From Scenedesmus sp. PABB004 (lineage: Eukaryota): a stretch of DNA of 64,000 nt. Positions 61,835 through 64,000 of this stretch are shown in pieces. Where the stretch lies: positions 248,001 through 312,000 of the forward strand of contig JABVCE010000021.1 of the NCBI GenBank assembly GCA_014905635.1. Direction: 5' to 3'. The position numbers and the translations under genes are program-made. Each line of letters begins with the position of its first letter. Position 1 is the stretch's first letter. A model generated the notes under the pieces. That model ran no database searches, was not told the origin of the DNA, and worked only from the letters and a program-made list of their open reading frames with translations.

Positions 61835-63407
61835 CCCGCGTGGCATGGGCGGCGAGGGCCTGCGCCAGCGCGGCCCGAAGCAGCAGCAGCCCGCGCCGCC
61901 ACCGCCGGAGGACCCGTCGGTCACGCCGGAGCAGCGCAAGGTGGTCGCCCAGATCCTGGCGGCCAAGAGCTTTTACGATGTGCTCGGCGTGCCGCGCGAC
62001 GCGGGCGAGGGAGACATAAAGTCGGCGTACCGCAAGGTGCGAGCGCCGCGCACGCGCGCGCGCCGCGAGCCGGCGCGGCCCGGCGCGGCGCGGCGCGGTG
62101 TGTCGTGCGGCACGCGCGGTGGTGGGCCCATCCCGCTGCGCGCCGCGCAGCTCGCGCTGCGGCTGCACCCCGACAAGAACAAGGCGGCGCACGCGGACGA
62201 GGCGTTCAAGCTGCTCAGCAAGGCGTTCAGCACGCTCAGCTCGGCCGACAAGCGCGCCTACTACGACCGGTGCGCGGCAGCGCCGGTGCCGGCACAGCGC
62301 CGGCGCTGGTACAGCACCGGTTGCCCGCGGCGCCGCGCCCGCGGTGCGGCCGGCTGACCCCCACCCGGCGCGCCCGCCGGCGCGCGGCGCTCGCAGGACG
62401 GGCTACGAGAGCAGCACCGCGGCGCAGGCGGCGGCGGCGGGCTCGCGGCGCGGCGGCGGCGGCGGCGGCTACGGGCAGCAGTTTTACTACAGCGGCCCCT
62501 CGGACGACTTTGACCCAGAGGAGATCTTCCGCATGTTCTTCGGGTGAGGCCCGCCCGCCTGTGGTCGCGAGGACTGCCACCAGCCGCTGGCGCGCGCGGC
62601 GGGGCCGGGGCGGAGGACCAGCGGCCCGGCGGCAGCGCCCGCGCCTGTGTGCGCCCACGCGTGCTCATGCGCCCGTTCGCGCCCGCGCGCCCGCGCCGCA
62701 GCGGCGGCGGCCCGTTCCACAACGCGCGCGTCTTCCGCGCCGGCGGCTTCGGGCACCCCGCGGCGGCGCGCGCCGCACACGCCGCGGCGGCGGGGCGCGG
62801 GCACGAGCCGAGCCGCGAGGAGCAGACGCGCGGCGCGCTGCTGGGCCTGCTGCAGCTGCTGCCCATCCTGCTCATCGTCTGCGTCACGCTCTTCAGCGGC
62901 GGCGGCGAGCCGAGCTACGCGCTCGCGCGCGACGCCAAGTTTGGCACGCCGCTCGCGACGGCGCGCATGGGCGTGCCGTTCTGGGTCAAGGACGGCGCCG
63001 AGTTCGCGGCCAAGTTCCCGCTGGGGTCGCACAAGCGCGTCGTGCTGGAGCGACAGGTGAGAGGAGGTGTGATCGTGTCGTGATCGTGCGCGCGCGCGAC
63101 ACCGCGCGCAGCCGCACAGCGCGGCGGCGAGTCTGGCGCGCGCCGCGCCGCGCCGCGCGCGCTCACGAGCGCACGTCGCCGGCTGCGCCGCGCGCCTCAG
63201 GTGGAGAGCGACACGTACGAGCGCGTGTACCAGCGCTGCCAGAACGAGCGAATGGCGCAGCACCGCGCCTTCACGTGGGGCAACCGCGACGCCGCGCGGC
63301 GCATGGAGCTGCCCGCCTGCAACGAGCTGGGGCGCCTCAACGAAGCCGTCAACGCGTACAACGCCGGCGGCGGCCGCGTGCAGGGCGCCACCGCGGCCGC
63401 GGCGTAG
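61099..63407 (+). CDS. DnaJB12/14-like J-domain protein (TM + DUF1977), spliced
   Basis: NRDEALR..., FYDVLGV...IKSAYRK/LALRLHPDKNKA..ADEAFK, FDPEEIFRMFFG, LLQLLPILL, RVVLERQ/VESD...RCQNE...C. Confidence 0.92.
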
Positions 63408-63894
63408 CGCGCGGCGGCGCAAGCCGGCGGCGGCAGTGTAAAGCGGCTCTCGCGCGGCGTTCCGCTCTCGCGACTCGCTCCTGAGTCTGCCCGACCACGC
63501 GGTGCCGGTGCACGTGGCCCCACGGAGCGTGCAGCACACACGTAAACTTGGTGCCCGCCTGTCAGCCCGCGCAGGGACCTCGCCAGCCGCGCGCTCGGCC
63601 GCCCCAGCGTCGCGTCGGGGATACCCACCACAACGCATGCGCGCCAGCCCACGGCGCCCCTGCGCGGCGGCGCGGGGCTGAGCAGCGGCGGCAGCGCGCG
63701 CTGGCCGCTCTTGGCAGCAGCAGCTCTCGCGCTGCCAGCCGCTTGCTCAATTGCTGAGCTCGGGCGCCATGCTCATCATCAGCGGCGTGCCCGCGGCCAT
63801 CGGGCTCATGCTCGCGGGGGTGCTGCTGCTGGGCACGTGAGCGGCGCGCTGCCGCCGCCGCCACCGCCGCCGCCGCTGCAGCCGCCCACGGTGC

Positions 63895-63925
<31 letters not shown>

Positions 63926-64000
63926 GCAGCTGGCCGGCGGTGTGGAACGCGGTGGAGCGGCGGGGGCGCGTGCCGGGGCACATCTTCCTTGACTATTCGG

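Noticed and set aside
63747..64000. 3' end of a minus-strand gene at the window edge
   Set aside because: Plausible, but too short and low-complexity to assign a frame or product.

Overview
Very GC-rich, intron-rich eukaryotic DNA. The intron style and gene set suggest a chlorophyte green alga, plausibly Selenastraceae-like (inference). About 17 spliced host genes are present: three IAH1-like SGNH/GDSL hydrolases, a conserved hypothetical protein, an ankyrin-like orphan, an SLC10A7/SBF-like transporter, a CBM20 protein, eIF3m, a small membrane protein, an NYN-domain protein, a tandem CCCH zinc-finger protein, an S8 subtilisin, an MKP1-like phosphatase, a DAG lipase, an EF-hand protein, a SET protein and a DnaJB12/14-like protein. 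The standout is a ~10.3 kb mobile element (8681-18990) flanked by a short direct repeat and carrying no recognisable transposase. It encodes a giant spliced Fanzor1/TnpB-family RNA-guided nuclease with an intact RuvC D-E-D triad. Its N-terminus appears fused to a CtIP/Sae2 C-terminal domain (CxxC...RHR...TPPGFWDIGF) and an OTU-like Cys-His domain; the fusion requires correcting three small indel sites. The element's left end is a 420-bp copy of the neighbouring eIF3m gene. A 763-bp non-autonomous derivative with its own target-site duplication lies 2.2 kb downstream (21213-21975) and keeps the probable omegaRNA scaffold with a different guide. Most long ORFs in the supplied track are GC-content artefacts. 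All alignments were made by eye.
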